From Candidatus Latescibacterota bacterium (GTDB taxonomy: Bacteria; Latescibacterota; CBDEFO01), in contig OZ252149.1 in NCBI GenBank assembly GCA_965248755.1, positions 2,048,001 to 2,112,000 of the forward strand: a stretch of 64,000 nt of DNA. The letters are read 5' to 3'. The translations under genes and the position numbers were made by a program. The notes beneath the pieces were generated by a model that saw nothing but the letters and a program-made list of their open reading frames with translations, made no database searches and had not been told where the DNA came from. Shown here piece after piece: positions 39,450-50,489 of the stretch; positions within the stretch are counted from its first letter, which is position 1, and each line of letters begins with the position of its first letter.

Positions 39450-40946
39450 TTAGCTGAAAGCTGTCCAGTTGTCTTTGTGTTTCCATGTAGTTCCTTCCGT
39501 CCTGTCTTCTAACTCTACTCCCCTTTCAGAAAGCTGATCCCTTATCTTATCGGACAGCTCCCACTCTTTCTTCTCTCTCATCTTTGACCTAACTTCCACC
39601 AGCAGATCTATTAGACGATCTATATTCTGTGAATCGTCTTTACCGGCAAATTCCAGTTTCAGGCCTAAGACGTCCGAGATCAGTTTTATCCTATCCTGGA
39701 CCCTTAAAAGTAGTGCCCCTCTGGTCTCGTTCCTCTCCATCTGGGTCACTACATTTGCGCGCTTAGAGAGGTCGAACAATACCGAAAGAGCCTGCGGAGC
39801 GTTGAAATCGTCATCCATCGCCTTCTCGAATCGCTCTTTCGCACTTTCTGTCTCCTCAAATAGTTCCCTATCCTCACTTGATAACGAAGCCTCACAAATA
39901 TCTGCCTTCCTTGATGCGCCCTGTGAGGATAGATGGATGTTTCTGGAGGCATTTATCAACCTCTCCAGTCCGCTTTGCGCACCTTTGAGCGCTTCTTCTG
40001 AGATCTCCACCGGACTTCTGTAGTGACCGCTTAATATCAGCAATCTGACAGCCTGTGGGCTATACTTTTTGAAAGCGTCCTTTATGGTCAGGAAATTCCC
40101 AAGGGACTTGCTCATCTTCACGCCGTCCACAGTCACCATGTTATTGTGCATCCAATACCGCACAAAAGGACTCCCCGTAGATCCCTCGCTTTGCGTTATC
40201 TCACACTCGTTGTGAGGGAAGATATTTTCCATTCCCCCGCCGTGGATATCGGTCGTCTCTCCCAGGTACTTCATCGCCATAGCCGAGCATTCCACGTGCC
40301 AGCCTGGATAGCCCCAGCCCCAAGGGCTCGGCCACTTTAATATATGACCCTCCCGAGCTTTCTTCCACAAAGCAAAGTCAACAGGGGCCTCCTTTTCGGG
40401 ATTGACCTTAACTCTGGCGCCCTCTTTAAGCTCCTCTACCTTCCTACCTGAAAGCTTCCCGTACTGGGAAAAACTCGACACCCTGAAGTACACAGAACCG
40501 TTGACTTCGTAAGCGTGCCCTCTTTCAATCAGGGTCTTTATAAGCTCTATCTGCTCGCAGATGTGTCCACTTGCACGGGGAGAGATATCGGGCCTTAGGA
40601 CGTTTAAGGCATCCATGTCCTCAAAATAGCTCCTCGTATAGGTCTCGGCTAGTTCCATAGGTTCGACCCTTTCGAGTGCAGCCCTTTTTATAAGCTTATC
40701 CTCACCCTCGTCCGAATCGTCTGTCAGATGCCCTACGTCTGTGATGTTCTGAACATACCTTACCTTATATCCTGAATACCTTAAATACCTTACAATTACA
40801 TCAAAGCTTATGTAGCATTTGGCGTGTCCTAAGTGAGCGTGGTCGTAGACCGTAGGACCGCACACATACATACTCACTCTGCCCGTCCTTAAAGGCTCAA
40901 ACTCCTCTTTTTTCCTCGTCAGGCTGTTGTACACCATCAGAGCCAT
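39450..40946 (-). CDS. cysS: Cysteine--tRNA ligase
   Basis: [41 protein letters not shown]. Confidence 0.97.
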   Translation of the reverse strand: MALMVYNSLTRKKEEFEPLRTGRVSMYVCGPTVYDHAHLGHAKCYISFDVIVRYLRYSGYKVRYVQNITDVGHLTDDSDEGEDKLIKRAALERVEPMELAETYTRSYFEDMDALNVLRPDISPRASGHICEQIELIKTLIERGHAYEVNGSVYFRVSSFSQYGKLSGRKVEELKEGARVKVNPEKEAPVDFALWKKAREGHILKWPSPWGWGYPGWHVECSAMAMKYLGETTDIHGGGMENIFPHNECEITQSEGSTGSPFVRYWMHNNMVTVDGVKMSKSLGNFLTIKDAFKKYSPQAVRLLILSGHYRSPVEISEEALKGAQSGLERLINASRNIHLSSQGASRKADICEASLSSEDRELFEETESAKERFEKAMDDDFNAPQALSVLFDLSKRANVVTQMERNETRGALLLRVQDRIKLISDVLGLKLEFAGKDDSQNIDRLIDLLVEVRSKMREKKEWELSDKIRDQLSERGVELEDRTEGTTWKHKDNWTAFS

Positions 40947-40977
40947 TTCAGTCTCCCGATAGACATTCTTTTACCGT

Positions 40978-41586
40978 TTACACTTGAACTTTTCTTTTGC
41001 GCCAGTAGAGGACAGACCCGACGCAGACCAAAAGTGCCATGATTATAAAAGCTGCTGTGTTATACCTTCTGAAGAGCTGGGCAGCCATCTCCCAGTTTTC
41101 TCCCGCTATCAGCCCGGCAAACACCAAAAGTCCGTTCCATATGATCATCCCTACAGAACCGTAGAGGGCTATCTTGCCTGCTGACATCTTGCTTGCCCCT
41201 GCAAGGGGGGAGATAATCGACCTGACTCCCGGAAGGAACCTGTTAATCAGTATCACTTTATATCCGTATCTGCTCAGCCACCTTTGCGCCTTCGCTGTGT
41301 TCTTGGGGGAAAAGAGCCTCTTCCTCCTCTCATCTGAGAAGAACGCATTACCCAGATAGAGTCCGACGTAATAGACGAACATAAACCCTATAATACTCCC
41401 GAGAAGGGCCGCGCCGATCATTGGAGTCAGCTTCAAGACCCCTATCCCGACTAAATAGGCCCCGAAAATTGTCACAAGATCGCCCGGTACGGGAGGGACA
41501 ACGTTCTCCAAGAAAGAATTCAAAAATAAGAGGATGTAGATAGTCTCTGGGCCCAGGGATGATATGAAGTTTGTAACTTCCTGCAC
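40978..41586 (-). CDS. DedA-family membrane protein
   Basis: FLENVVPPVPGD, RFLPGVRS...AG..M. Confidence 0.88.
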   Translation of the reverse strand: MQEVTNFISSLGPETIYILLFLNSFLENVVPPVPGDLVTIFGAYLVGIGVLKLTPMIGAALLGSIIGFMFVYYVGLYLGNAFFSDERRKRLFSPKNTAKAQRWLSRYGYKVILINRFLPGVRSIISPLAGASKMSAGKIALYGSVGMIIWNGLLVFAGLIAGENWEMAAQLFRRYNTAAFIIMALLVCVGSVLYWRKRKVQV

Positions 41587-41734
41587 TTATTGCCCCCGAA
41601 ATAAGTAGAAAAGGCACATGCTCTTCCCATGAGTTTGCTTCGGGTTTGGGACCTCGCAATAACCAAAAGCCGAAGATATGCACCGTCATTGCCATCCCCG
41701 AATGAATCTATCGGGGATGGCAAAACAACCTCAC

Positions 41735-42205
41735 TTAGAATGCCTTTCCCTGTACACTTTCTACTGATTTATGGCGGACAGTGCCGCCGACAACTATTCC
41801 AGCACTGATCAAAATCAAATTTTTGATAATATACTGCCCTGCAAGGGTAAGACCGTAAGGAAAATGGGTAAAACACACGTCAGGTAACAGGACTAAAGGG
41901 AGCATTGTCCCCGGCATCTGCAAGAAAAGCAAAAAAAGAGCGGCGCGGATAAGTGGACGAAACAGCAAGCCCACGCCGATGGCTACCTCCCACCATCCAA
42001 GGATAGGAACGAATAGATCAGGAGGTAACCAATAGACTGTCCTTTTTACCAGTTCTGCCGCGGGGCTGATCCCTAAAGGCTTTAATATTCCAAACCAGAT
42101 GAATATGATCCCCAGGGACATTCTAAGAAGAAAGTGACCGTACCTTCTCATCCATCCGGCAATGGACCGATCAATCTGGTCAAACGCTGTAAACATATTT
42201 GCCAC
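41735..42205 (-). CDS. DoxX/DUF417-like membrane protein
   Basis: LRMSLGIIFIWFGILK, G..EVAIG, GQYIIKNL. Confidence 0.75.
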   Translation of the reverse strand: MANMFTAFDQIDRSIAGWMRRYGHFLLRMSLGIIFIWFGILKPLGISPAAELVKRTVYWLPPDLFVPILGWWEVAIGVGLLFRPLIRAALFLLFLQMPGTMLPLVLLPDVCFTHFPYGLTLAGQYIIKNLILISAGIVVGGTVRHKSVESVQGKAF

Positions 42206-42307
42206 TCTTGCCCGGTCCCCCCAAAGTTACCCATGTCAGACATGCCTGCCTGACATGAAACAGGAACAGAGCTGAATTTCTGTCGACCAATGACGGGAAA
42301 AAAGAAA

Positions 42308-43479
42308 CTATACGATATTAAGAGCGGCGTTGATATCGTCCTGATAGACTGTATGCCGATCTTCTATAACATCGGTGACTAAAAGAGGTCGATTTTGAGC
42401 TGAGGATTCGATCACAGCGTAGGATAAAGCCATTGCTTCCAGCCCCGACTGTCCATCGGTTTCAAACTCCACCTCTCCATTGATAGCTCTGAGGAACTCG
42501 AGCAACTCCAAAGTGACTGGATTGGTTAATCCTCCGGGAAACTGGGATTTTTTGAGTTCTGTTGGCGCGTTTGCCTTGTAATATTCGACTAGGCCGATTC
42601 TCTTCCCGCCATCGAGGAAGAGCGTGTCCTCCTTCAGACATCCCTCTTCGCCGTAGATGGTGTAAGGGACGCTTGTAGATTCTCCCCCGTGTCCCCACAA
42701 GGTCAGGACCCACACTCCTGTCGCGCCGCATTCGAACTCCAAAAGTGAGAACGACGCATCCTCCACGCTGTTTTCAAAGGGCTCAGATTTGATACCTAAT
42801 TCGTCGCGAAGATATCGGAACGGAACGAAATGTCGCGCCATTCCGAAGACCTGTTTGACCTCTCCAATATGAAGCCTGAAAAGATCGGCGTGGTGTACAC
42901 CCATGTCGAGCACCCATCCCGCTCCGGCATCCATCTTTCGATGTCTCCAGGGAGTGCCTGCGACGACGGAATCGGGAACACCCTCAATACGACCTGAATC
43001 ATTATCTTCGGCTCTCCGAGCAGCCCCTGATCGACAGCGTACTTCCGAGCGCTCTGATTCAACCCGCGTCTGGTATTTTCCGCTACTCATAAGATCTTAC
43101 CTGTCCTCTTGGCCGTTTCGATCATACGGCGTCCTGCGCGGATAGTTATGGCAAAAGGCTTCTCCACCATGCAATCTATCCCGGCCTCCAGAGAGTCGAT
43201 GGCGATAGTGTGGTGGCTTTTGTGATCCGTTACTATATCCACCGCGTCCACTATCCTTTCATCGAGCACCTGACGGTAGTCAGTAAAGACCTTAGGGCGA
43301 TATCTGAGCCGCTCCTCTGCGGCATCTGCAGCGGTCTGGGCACGCTCCTCTACTATGTCGCATACGGCTGTCAACTCGCCGATATTAAACCCTGAATCAA
43401 TGATGTCCTTGAGACATTGTGACCTTGACTGCGCCATCCCTCCGGTGCCGATGATTCCTATACGAACCTTCTGGCTCAT
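42308..43479 (-). pseudogene. Gfo/Idh/MocA oxidoreductase with an in-frame TGA (43087..43089) and a frameshift (about 42990)
   Basis: GIIGTGGMA..EKPFA..KIL*VAENTRR..GLLGEP, then in a shifted frame WRH..GAGWVLDMGVHHADL. Confidence 0.85.
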
Positions 43480-43703
43480 TCAGCTTTCACCTGTTTTTCA
43501 ACTTCTGTTCCCGCGATGAGTTCCCTAAAATCGATGCCTAAGATACGGGCTAACTTCTTGACCACCTCCACTCTCGGAACGAAGCCGTGGTCTATCTTGC
43601 TCAGGTAACCCTGGGCTATGCCCGCCTTTTCGGAAAGCTCTTTTTTGCCTATCCCTTTTTCTTTGATAATCTTATTAAGTCGCTCACTGAGCGATCCCTC
43701 CAT
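43476..43703 (-). CDS. XRE-family HTH protein
   Basis: KELSEKAGIAQGYLSKIDHG..P.VEVVKKLA; AAGGAGG RBS. Confidence 0.85.
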   Translation of the reverse strand: MEGSLSERLNKIIKEKGIGKKELSEKAGIAQGYLSKIDHGFVPRVEVVKKLARILGIDFRELIAGTEVEKQVKAE

Positions 43704-43728
43704 GGCTTGTCCTCCTTGTGGGATTACT

Positions 43729-44919
43729 TCAGTTTTTCAGACTATGATGCACTGTAGATACAGCGTAAGCCCCTATGCCCTCACCTCTTCCCAAATAGCC
43801 TAATCCCTCAGTCGTCGTTGCCTTTACAGAGATTCTGTCCTTATCTATGCTCAGGGCGTCGGCTATGTTCTTGCGCATTTGAGATATGAACTTTGAGACT
43901 TTCGGCCTCTGCGCAGCAATAGTAGAATCCACGTTCACAATGGAAAAGCCCCTATCATCCAATATCTTCCTTACGCTCTCCAGAATAATCAGACTCGAGA
44001 TCCCTTCAAATTCGGGGTCAGAATCGGGGAAATGTCTTCCGATGTCGCCTAAAGCTGCAGCGCCTAAAAGGGAATCCGCAATGGCGTGACAGAGCACGTC
44101 CGCATCCGAATGACCCAAAAGCCCCTTTTCAAAGGGAATCTGAACTCCGCCTAATATCAGCTTTCTGTCATCTTGGAGCCTGTGAACGTCGAATCCGTGA
44201 CCTATCCTCAAATTCGGAGCGCCTGTTCTATTGGCGCTCTCCATCCTGCCCAAGATCAACTCTCCGACCTCCATATCCTCAGGCGTAGTAATCTTTATGT
44301 TATCGTATGACCCCTCCACAATCCCTACGCTGTGTCCTAACCTCTCAACCAAAGCCGCCTCATCAGTCCCGTAGAATCCATCTTCAAACGCCCTTTCAAA
44401 CGCCCTCTCTAATATCGTCCTCTCGAATACCTGGGGAGTCTGTGCGCACCATAGACTTTCTCTGTCCAGAGTGCGCTCCACAAATTTGTCCCTGCAGAAC
44501 TTCACCGTATCCACAGCCCGTACAGCCACGATAACAGCCCCCGCATCTTTGCAAAGCTCCACAGCCTTATCTATCAAGTCCGGTTCTATAAATGGCCTCA
44601 CAGCGTCGTGAACGACAACTATATCGATGTCCTTTTCTAAAACCTTCAGCCCCTCGTAGACAGAATCTTGTCTCTGTCTACCGCCAGTCACAACCTTTGA
44701 GACTTTGCCGAATCCCGCTCCAACCTCATCCCGGCATAGTTCCACATATCCTTTTGGGGCAACTACCACCACTCTGTCTATTGACTTGCAGTCTTCAAGT
44801 TTTTTGAGCGTATGAGCCAGAATCGTCCTCCCGCACAACTTTCTGAACTGCTTTGCTCTTTTTTCTCCCATCCTAACCCCCGCCCCAGCCGCAGGAATGA
44901 CAGCCCCGACCACAGACAA
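43729..44919 (-). CDS. ispDF: Bifunctional IspD/IspF
   Basis: [58 protein letters not shown]. Confidence 0.96.
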   Translation of the reverse strand: MSVVGAVIPAAGAGVRMGEKRAKQFRKLCGRTILAHTLKKLEDCKSIDRVVVVAPKGYVELCRDEVGAGFGKVSKVVTGGRQRQDSVYEGLKVLEKDIDIVVVHDAVRPFIEPDLIDKAVELCKDAGAVIVAVRAVDTVKFCRDKFVERTLDRESLWCAQTPQVFERTILERAFERAFEDGFYGTDEAALVERLGHSVGIVEGSYDNIKITTPEDMEVGELILGRMESANRTGAPNLRIGHGFDVHRLQDDRKLILGGVQIPFEKGLLGHSDADVLCHAIADSLLGAAALGDIGRHFPDSDPEFEGISSLIILESVRKILDDRGFSIVNVDSTIAAQRPKVSKFISQMRKNIADALSIDKDRISVKATTTEGLGYLGRGEGIGAYAVSTVHHSLKN

Positions 44920-45077
44920 ATTTTGGATCCTTCAAGATTATGTTTTTCGACTACAGGTGCAGTCATCAGATATGTTCAGATAGTTCGTATTTCGTCTTTG
45001 AGACGTTTCTACTCAATGGAAGAATGTTGCAACCACAGCAAATCGGTTCCACATACGATATCTTGGCTTTGACAGCT

Positions 45078-45106
45078 AAGATAAGAAAGAAGTTACCGGA
45101 TGTCAA
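45078..45106 (-). promoter_or_regulatory. Sigma70-type promoter upstream of ispDF
   Basis: TTGACA-17 nt-TATCTT. Confidence 0.55.
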
Positions 45107-45593
45107 TAAGAGACCTTATGTAAACTCCCATATCGAAGAACACCCCATGTCAGGGCCAGTCGACACCAATTTCTGAGCACTTCGGAGAGAGCTTGTGGGA
45201 AGTGAACCATTCTTAGGGGTTGATTTGACAACTCACGGTTCTTACAGTTACTAAAGTTCACTCGATTCAGGCTTAAAGTGGCTGGAGACATGTGAGAGGG
45301 GAGACATTGTGCTCCGACTCCCTCCCTGGGGCGAGGATTCTTCTGTCCATCGTCGCACAGAGACGAGGTTCGACCAACGTTCTGATGAAGCCTGCGTGGC
45401 TCTTTTTAAGCTTTCTCTTGCAGGTTACCACGGTCTGCCCATGACTGCCGCGTGGACGACAGTTATCAAAAGCATGGATAGTATTGGGGCGTCAGAAGAG
45501 CCATATATCTGAGGGTGAATAACAGTACTGAACAGAGCAAAATGACATATCGTCTGAGTCGGATTCTCAAACATTTAAGGGACACATTGGACG

Positions 45594-46033
45594 CTACGGC
45601 TGATCTTGTTGAATTTCAGCTCCTTTCTGCTTCTCATATAACAGCAGATCGGCTATACTAGACTTTTCCAGCAACTCAAGCATCTTCTCCTCTGCCTCTA
45701 ACCACACATCGCACAGGGCACAATCCCTTTCGTGAGGCCACCCCTCCCATCTCAATATGCACCGGCGAAACACAACAGGTCCATCTATCGCTTCCACCAC
45801 CTGCCGCATCGTAAGCTCATCAGCATCACAAGCCAAGAAAAATCCCCCTTTGGCCCCCCTTCTGGACCTGACAAAACCTGCCTTGAATAAATCTTGCAGG
45901 ATCTTGGCAAGGAAACTTTTGGGTGTATTTTCTGCTTGGCTATTCGGTTGATAAGGACTGCCTTTGGACTAGGCTGAGAAGCCAGATACATAAGTGCCCG
46001 CGTGGCATAATCTACAGCTATAGTTAACTGCAT
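45594..46033 (-). pseudogene. Rrf2-family transcriptional regulator with a frameshift near 45935
   Basis: MQLTIAVDYATRALMYLA, then in a shifted frame TPKSFLAKILQDL.KAG.V.S.RGAKGGF.L...VVEAIDG..C. Confidence 0.85.
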
Positions 46034-46214
46034 TTCCACTTCTCCTCTGTGCAAAATGGCTTGACTACAAGCAGTTTGTTTATTAAAATAACTACATCTG
46101 TATCTATATTCACCACTTTGATAGATTCGTTTGGAACTAAAAATGAACCTCGCCTGCTGTTGTCACCTCCAAGGGGTTTAGCGACAGAGCACCTGAACTT
46201 AAGGGTAACGTTTC

Positions 46215-46243
46215 AATATAATCCAAAGATGTTGAGTTGTCAA
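46215..46243 (-). promoter_or_regulatory. Sigma70-type promoter upstream of the Rrf2 gene
   Basis: TTGACA-17 nt-TATATT. Confidence 0.55.
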
Positions 46244-46643
46244 GCACTAAAGTAAGGTAAATAATACAATTATAGTCATCTGTTTTGCGCCAACATGGTT
46301 GTATGCCCTCAAAAGTTGCATGGCCCTTCGTCTCATACGGCTAAATAACTGCAAAGAGACAATGTCTGCAGGCAGCTGTGATATCATCAGTTACGATCTA
46401 CAAGACGTTTGCCTATTTTATCACACTGCGTGCCTTGAAGGACAAAGGTGATGTCTTTTTGCTTGAGCTTTTTTACAGGGATCCAAACATGGGAGGTATC
46501 CGATGACATCATACGAACGGTTTATGTGCGCCCTTGAAACATGAGGGGCTTGGGTTCGGCGTGGTAGGCCAGACATTCTTGTCTGACATGGGCGAGGAGA
46601 CCTCGCCCCTACACTACTTTACTTGAGGAGGAAGATTGCCGTA

Positions 46644-47591
46644 ATGTCAGAAGAACTCATATCAAAATTGGACAACTGGGAGGTGCTATTGCTTGTGGGA
46701 GGTGCCTTCAAGGCGGGCATATTTGACCTCTTGTCCGACGGTCCGATGTCCGCGCCGGAGATTGAAAGTGGTCTTAAAGGAGATCAAAGAGCTATCACAG
46801 CTGTCGCTGACGCTCTTGTGGAGGAGGGTTATCTGGATAAACACGAGGAAAAGTATCACATAAGCGACAGAGCAAGGGATATCTTTGTAGATTCTGCAAG
46901 TCCCATCTATTCGGCCGGCAGGATTATGCTTCGGTACGAACTGGTGGAACGCTGGCTGAATATCCCTGAACTTATAAAGGGAGATAAGACCCCCCAAGGA
47001 TTCAGATCCGAAGAGGAGCTCAAAATCTTCGTGGCGGCTATGGCACAAAGACCGAAAGAGTCGGTCCGGGAAGCTGTGGACATCTGCCTTGAATACGTCC
47101 CAAATATGAAGACCCTGTTAGATCTGGGAGGAGGTCCGGGGGCACACGCTGTAGAATTTGCCGCAAGGGGCATCAGGGTAACTGTCTTGGATACACCCGA
47201 AGTGATAGATATTGTCAGAGCTGTTCTCGGGATGGAGAAGAGGATAGATTTAGTTGTGGGCGATTTCTTGGAGTCGGTCCCCCAAGGACCCTTTGACCTT
47301 ATCTTTATGGGCAACATAACCCATATATATGGCCCCGAGGATAACAAGGCGCTTTTCAACAAAGCGGGCCAATCTCTCGCCTCTGATGGATACGTGGCGA
47401 TCCTAGACTTTGTGCGGGGTCGAAGCCCTTACGCCCCGCTATTTGCGGTCAATATGCTGGTCAACACGGAAAGTGGAGGCACGTGGACCCGAGGGGAGTA
47501 TGGCGCATGGCTCAAAGAAGCGGGCTTTGAAGAGATAAAGATAGAGGATATTGAAGACAAGGACGTACAACTCATATTCGCTAAAAGGTGA
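46644..47591 (+). CDS. Methyltransf_2 (O-methyltransferase-like) protein with N-terminal dimerisation wHTH
   Basis: GIFDLL..GP, LLDLGGGPG, GDFL, NITH, F.VNMLV.T. Confidence 0.88.
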   Translation: MSEELISKLDNWEVLLLVGGAFKAGIFDLLSDGPMSAPEIESGLKGDQRAITAVADALVEEGYLDKHEEKYHISDRARDIFVDSASPIYSAGRIMLRYELVERWLNIPELIKGDKTPQGFRSEEELKIFVAAMAQRPKESVREAVDICLEYVPNMKTLLDLGGGPGAHAVEFAARGIRVTVLDTPEVIDIVRAVLGMEKRIDLVVGDFLESVPQGPFDLIFMGNITHIYGPEDNKALFNKAGQSLASDGYVAILDFVRGRSPYAPLFAVNMLVNTESGGTWTRGEYGAWLKEAGFEEIKIEDIEDKDVQLIFAKR

Positions 47592-50488
47592 CTATACTTT
47601 CTGACAGTACCTCTTACACATATCGCCTCGGCGTGGACATCGGCGGCACATTTACTGATATAATGCTTATGGATGACCGGACCGGAAAGCTAATAATCGA
47701 GAAGGTTCCCACCACGGCAGAAGATCCATCTGTAGCCGTAGTAGATGGTCTTTCCGACATCCTCAAGGAAAATGCAATATCCCCCCAGGACATAGCCAAC
47801 GCCATACACGGCACCACACTCGTTACGAACGCCATTATAGAGAGGAGGGGAGCAAAGGCAGGCCTTATAACCACAGAGGGCTTTAGAGACGCCCTGGAGA
47901 TAGGAAGAGAAAGGCGGTACGACATATACGACCTTTTTCTCGAACTGCCAGAACCCCTGATCCCCAGATATCTGAGATGCGAAATAGATGAGAGGCTCGA
48001 TAGCGAGGGGAACGTCATGAAAGAGCCCGATGGCGATGAAGTCTCAGAAAAGATCGAATACCTGCTGTCCCAGGCCGTGGAGGCGATAGCTGTCTGTCTC
48101 CTCCATTCCTACCGAAATCCCGCTCACGAGGTTGCCGTAAGGGATGCCATAGCTAAAATCGCACCCGAGATGTCAGTATCCCTCTCATCTGACGTCGTGC
48201 CTGAGATAAGAGAGTACGAAAGGACATCCACCACAGTCGCCAACGTTTACGCCAAGCCCCTCTGTGAGAGATATCTCGGCTCTCTTCAATCTGAATTGAA
48301 AGACCTCGGGGTTCAAAGCGATCTGTATATAATGCTTTCCAACGGGGGGATAGCCACCTGCGAGACAGCCGGAGAGTTCCCGGTAAGAATAGTGGAATCT
48401 GGTCCCGCAGCAGGTGCACTCGCCGCTGTCTTCTACGGTAAACTTACAGATACGCCTGACATAATCTCATTCGACATGGGAGGCACTACCGCCAAGACCT
48501 GCATCATAACTGACAATCTCCCAACATATACCACCGATTTCGAGATCGCACGCGTCCACCGGTTCAAAAAGGGCAGCGGACTGCCCATAAAGGTACCGGT
48601 CATAGAGATGATCGAAATAGGGGCAGGCGGCGGGAGCATCGCCTCGATAGACAAGATGGGACTCTTGAAGGTCGGTCCCCAAAGTGCAGGATCAGATCCC
48701 GGTCCTGTCTGCTGCGATAGAGGCGGAGATGATCCCACAGTCACAGACGCAGACCTAATCCTCGGTTACCTCAACCCCGACTACTTCCTCGGCGGCAGGA
48801 TGAAGCTGAACGTTCAAAAGGCCGTGGACGCTATACGGACTAAAATAGCAGAACCCCTCGGATTAGGTCTGGCTCACGCCGCTTTCGGAATTCATCAGGT
48901 AGTAAACGAGAACATGGCCAACGGCTCAAGAATACACGCCGTCGAAAAGGGCAAAGATCTCAGAAGGTACGTCCTTGCGGCGTTCGGAGGGGCCGGTCCT
49001 GTGCACGCCTCTCGGATCGCTGAAAAGCTCAGAATAGAAAAGATAATAGTCCCCCTTGCCGCCGGAGCCACGTCTGCCTTCGGCTTATTGACCGCCCCGA
49101 TCTCCTTCGATTTGGTGCGCACGTACATTTCTTCCCTTGGGGAACTCGATATAGATCGACTCAATAGTAAATTCGGCGATATGGAAAGGTCAGTCCTGAG
49201 TCTGCTTGAAAACGCCAGAGTCCCGGAACAAGATGTAATCATAATCAGGTCAGCCGACATGCGCTACAAGGGACAGGGCTTCGAGATCAATGTCCTTGTA
49301 CCTTCGGGAGAGATAACCTCCGAGGCGATTCCAACTTTGCAGAGAGCCTTTGAAGAAGAATACCTCAGGAACTACAAGAGACTGAATAGGGGGTTTGAGA
49401 TAGAAGCCCTGAACTGGAGAGTGTTCGCATCTGGACCCAAGCCCGAGGTTAAACTAAACTTTCATACGCCCTTGCAGGGCAGCTTAGACGACGCCCTTAA
49501 GTCCCGTCGGAAGGTCTATTTCGACGAGTACGGAGAATACATAGACTGTCCTGTCTACGACCGATACGCTCTCGCCCCCGGATCCAGCTTCAAAGGCCCA
49601 GCCATTGTGGAGGAGAGGGAATCCACGGCGGTAGTCTGCCCTCAATGGGAGGCACATACGGATCGATACAACAACCTTATTATGACCCGATGCGATCCCC
49701 GATTGAATCTATCGGGGAGCAAAAAAGACGTCGCAAGGACTCAGTTCGGAAGACAGGCCGAGCGATACGCCCATAGCTCCGTTCACGCAAGTGGTGAGAC
49801 GCTCTCTGCAATCGTACAGTTGGCCGGTCCGACCCGCAAAGACAAAAGCCTGGACGTAGCCACAGGCACAGGCTTCACCGCCTTCGCCGTAGCGGAATCG
49901 GCAGGATCCGTTATTGCCACGGACATAACTCCTCCCATGCTCGACCAGGCGAGGAAGATAGCAGAGGAACGTCGTATTTCCAACGTGATCTTTCAACTTG
50001 CCGATTCGGAGAATCTCCCCTTTAAGGATCGAACCTTCGATATTGTAACCTGCCGAAGTGCGCCCCATCACTTCGGGGATGTCCCCGCATTTCTCATGGA
50101 ATCGGCAAGGATCTTAAGACGGGGCGGACGCCTCGTCGTATCCGACCCATCCTCGCCTGAAGACGATGAAATTGACCGATGGATCAATAGGTTGGAATCG
50201 ATCCGCGACCCCTCGCATGTGAGAATGTATCGTCCCACAGAATGGAAGAGCATGCTCGAAGGAGCCGGACTCATTCTTAAAGATGAACTCCTCAGCGTTT
50301 CTTACGACCAGACCTTTGTCCGATGGACAGACAGAGCCGGAGTCGGCTCCAAAGTTAAAGAAAAGCTCAAAGAGATGTTTCTGAACGCCCCCGACAAGGT
50401 AAAGGCCGCCTTCGGAATCGAATGCGACAGTGACGACATAAAATTTCGCTGGAACGCATACGTCTTCAGAGCTGAAAGAGAAGACTGA
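47588..50488 (+). CDS. Hydantoinase A/5-oxoprolinase ATP-binding subunit fused to a C-terminal class I SAM methyltransferase
   Basis: GVDIGGTFTD, HGTT..TNA, ESGPAAG, DMGGTT, GAGGGS, GP.SAG..PGP, PTVTDA; then LDVATGTG, LPF.D.TFD, APHHF. Confidence 0.92.
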   Translation: MTILSDSTSYTYRLGVDIGGTFTDIMLMDDRTGKLIIEKVPTTAEDPSVAVVDGLSDILKENAISPQDIANAIHGTTLVTNAIIERRGAKAGLITTEGFRDALEIGRERRYDIYDLFLELPEPLIPRYLRCEIDERLDSEGNVMKEPDGDEVSEKIEYLLSQAVEAIAVCLLHSYRNPAHEVAVRDAIAKIAPEMSVSLSSDVVPEIREYERTSTTVANVYAKPLCERYLGSLQSELKDLGVQSDLYIMLSNGGIATCETAGEFPVRIVESGPAAGALAAVFYGKLTDTPDIISFDMGGTTAKTCIITDNLPTYTTDFEIARVHRFKKGSGLPIKVPVIEMIEIGAGGGSIASIDKMGLLKVGPQSAGSDPGPVCCDRGGDDPTVTDADLILGYLNPDYFLGGRMKLNVQKAVDAIRTKIAEPLGLGLAHAAFGIHQVVNENMANGSRIHAVEKGKDLRRYVLAAFGGAGPVHASRIAEKLRIEKIIVPLAAGATSAFGLLTAPISFDLVRTYISSLGELDIDRLNSKFGDMERSVLSLLENARVPEQDVIIIRSADMRYKGQGFEINVLVPSGEITSEAIPTLQRAFEEEYLRNYKRLNRGFEIEALNWRVFASGPKPEVKLNFHTPLQGSLDDALKSRRKVYFDEYGEYIDCPVYDRYALAPGSSFKGPAIVEERESTAVVCPQWEAHTDRYNNLIMTRCDPRLNLSGSKKDVARTQFGRQAERYAHSSVHASGETLSAIVQLAGPTRKDKSLDVATGTGFTAFAVAESAGSVIATDITPPMLDQARKIAEERRISNVIFQLADSENLPFKDRTFDIVTCRSAPHHFGDVPAFLMESARILRRGGRLVVSDPSSPEDDEIDRWINRLESIRDPSHVRMYRPTEWKSMLEGAGLILKDELLSVSYDQTFVRWTDRAGVGSKVKEKLKEMFLNAPDKVKAAFGIECDSDDIKFRWNAYVFRAERED

Positions 50489-50489
50489 T

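Noticed and set aside
43087..43089. In-frame TGA as selenocysteine
   Set aside because: The position is not a catalytic Cys in Gfo/Idh/MocA proteins and the gene also has a frameshift.
45381..45420. CTGATGA as a hammerhead ribozyme core
   Set aside because: No downstream GAAA core or supporting stems seen.
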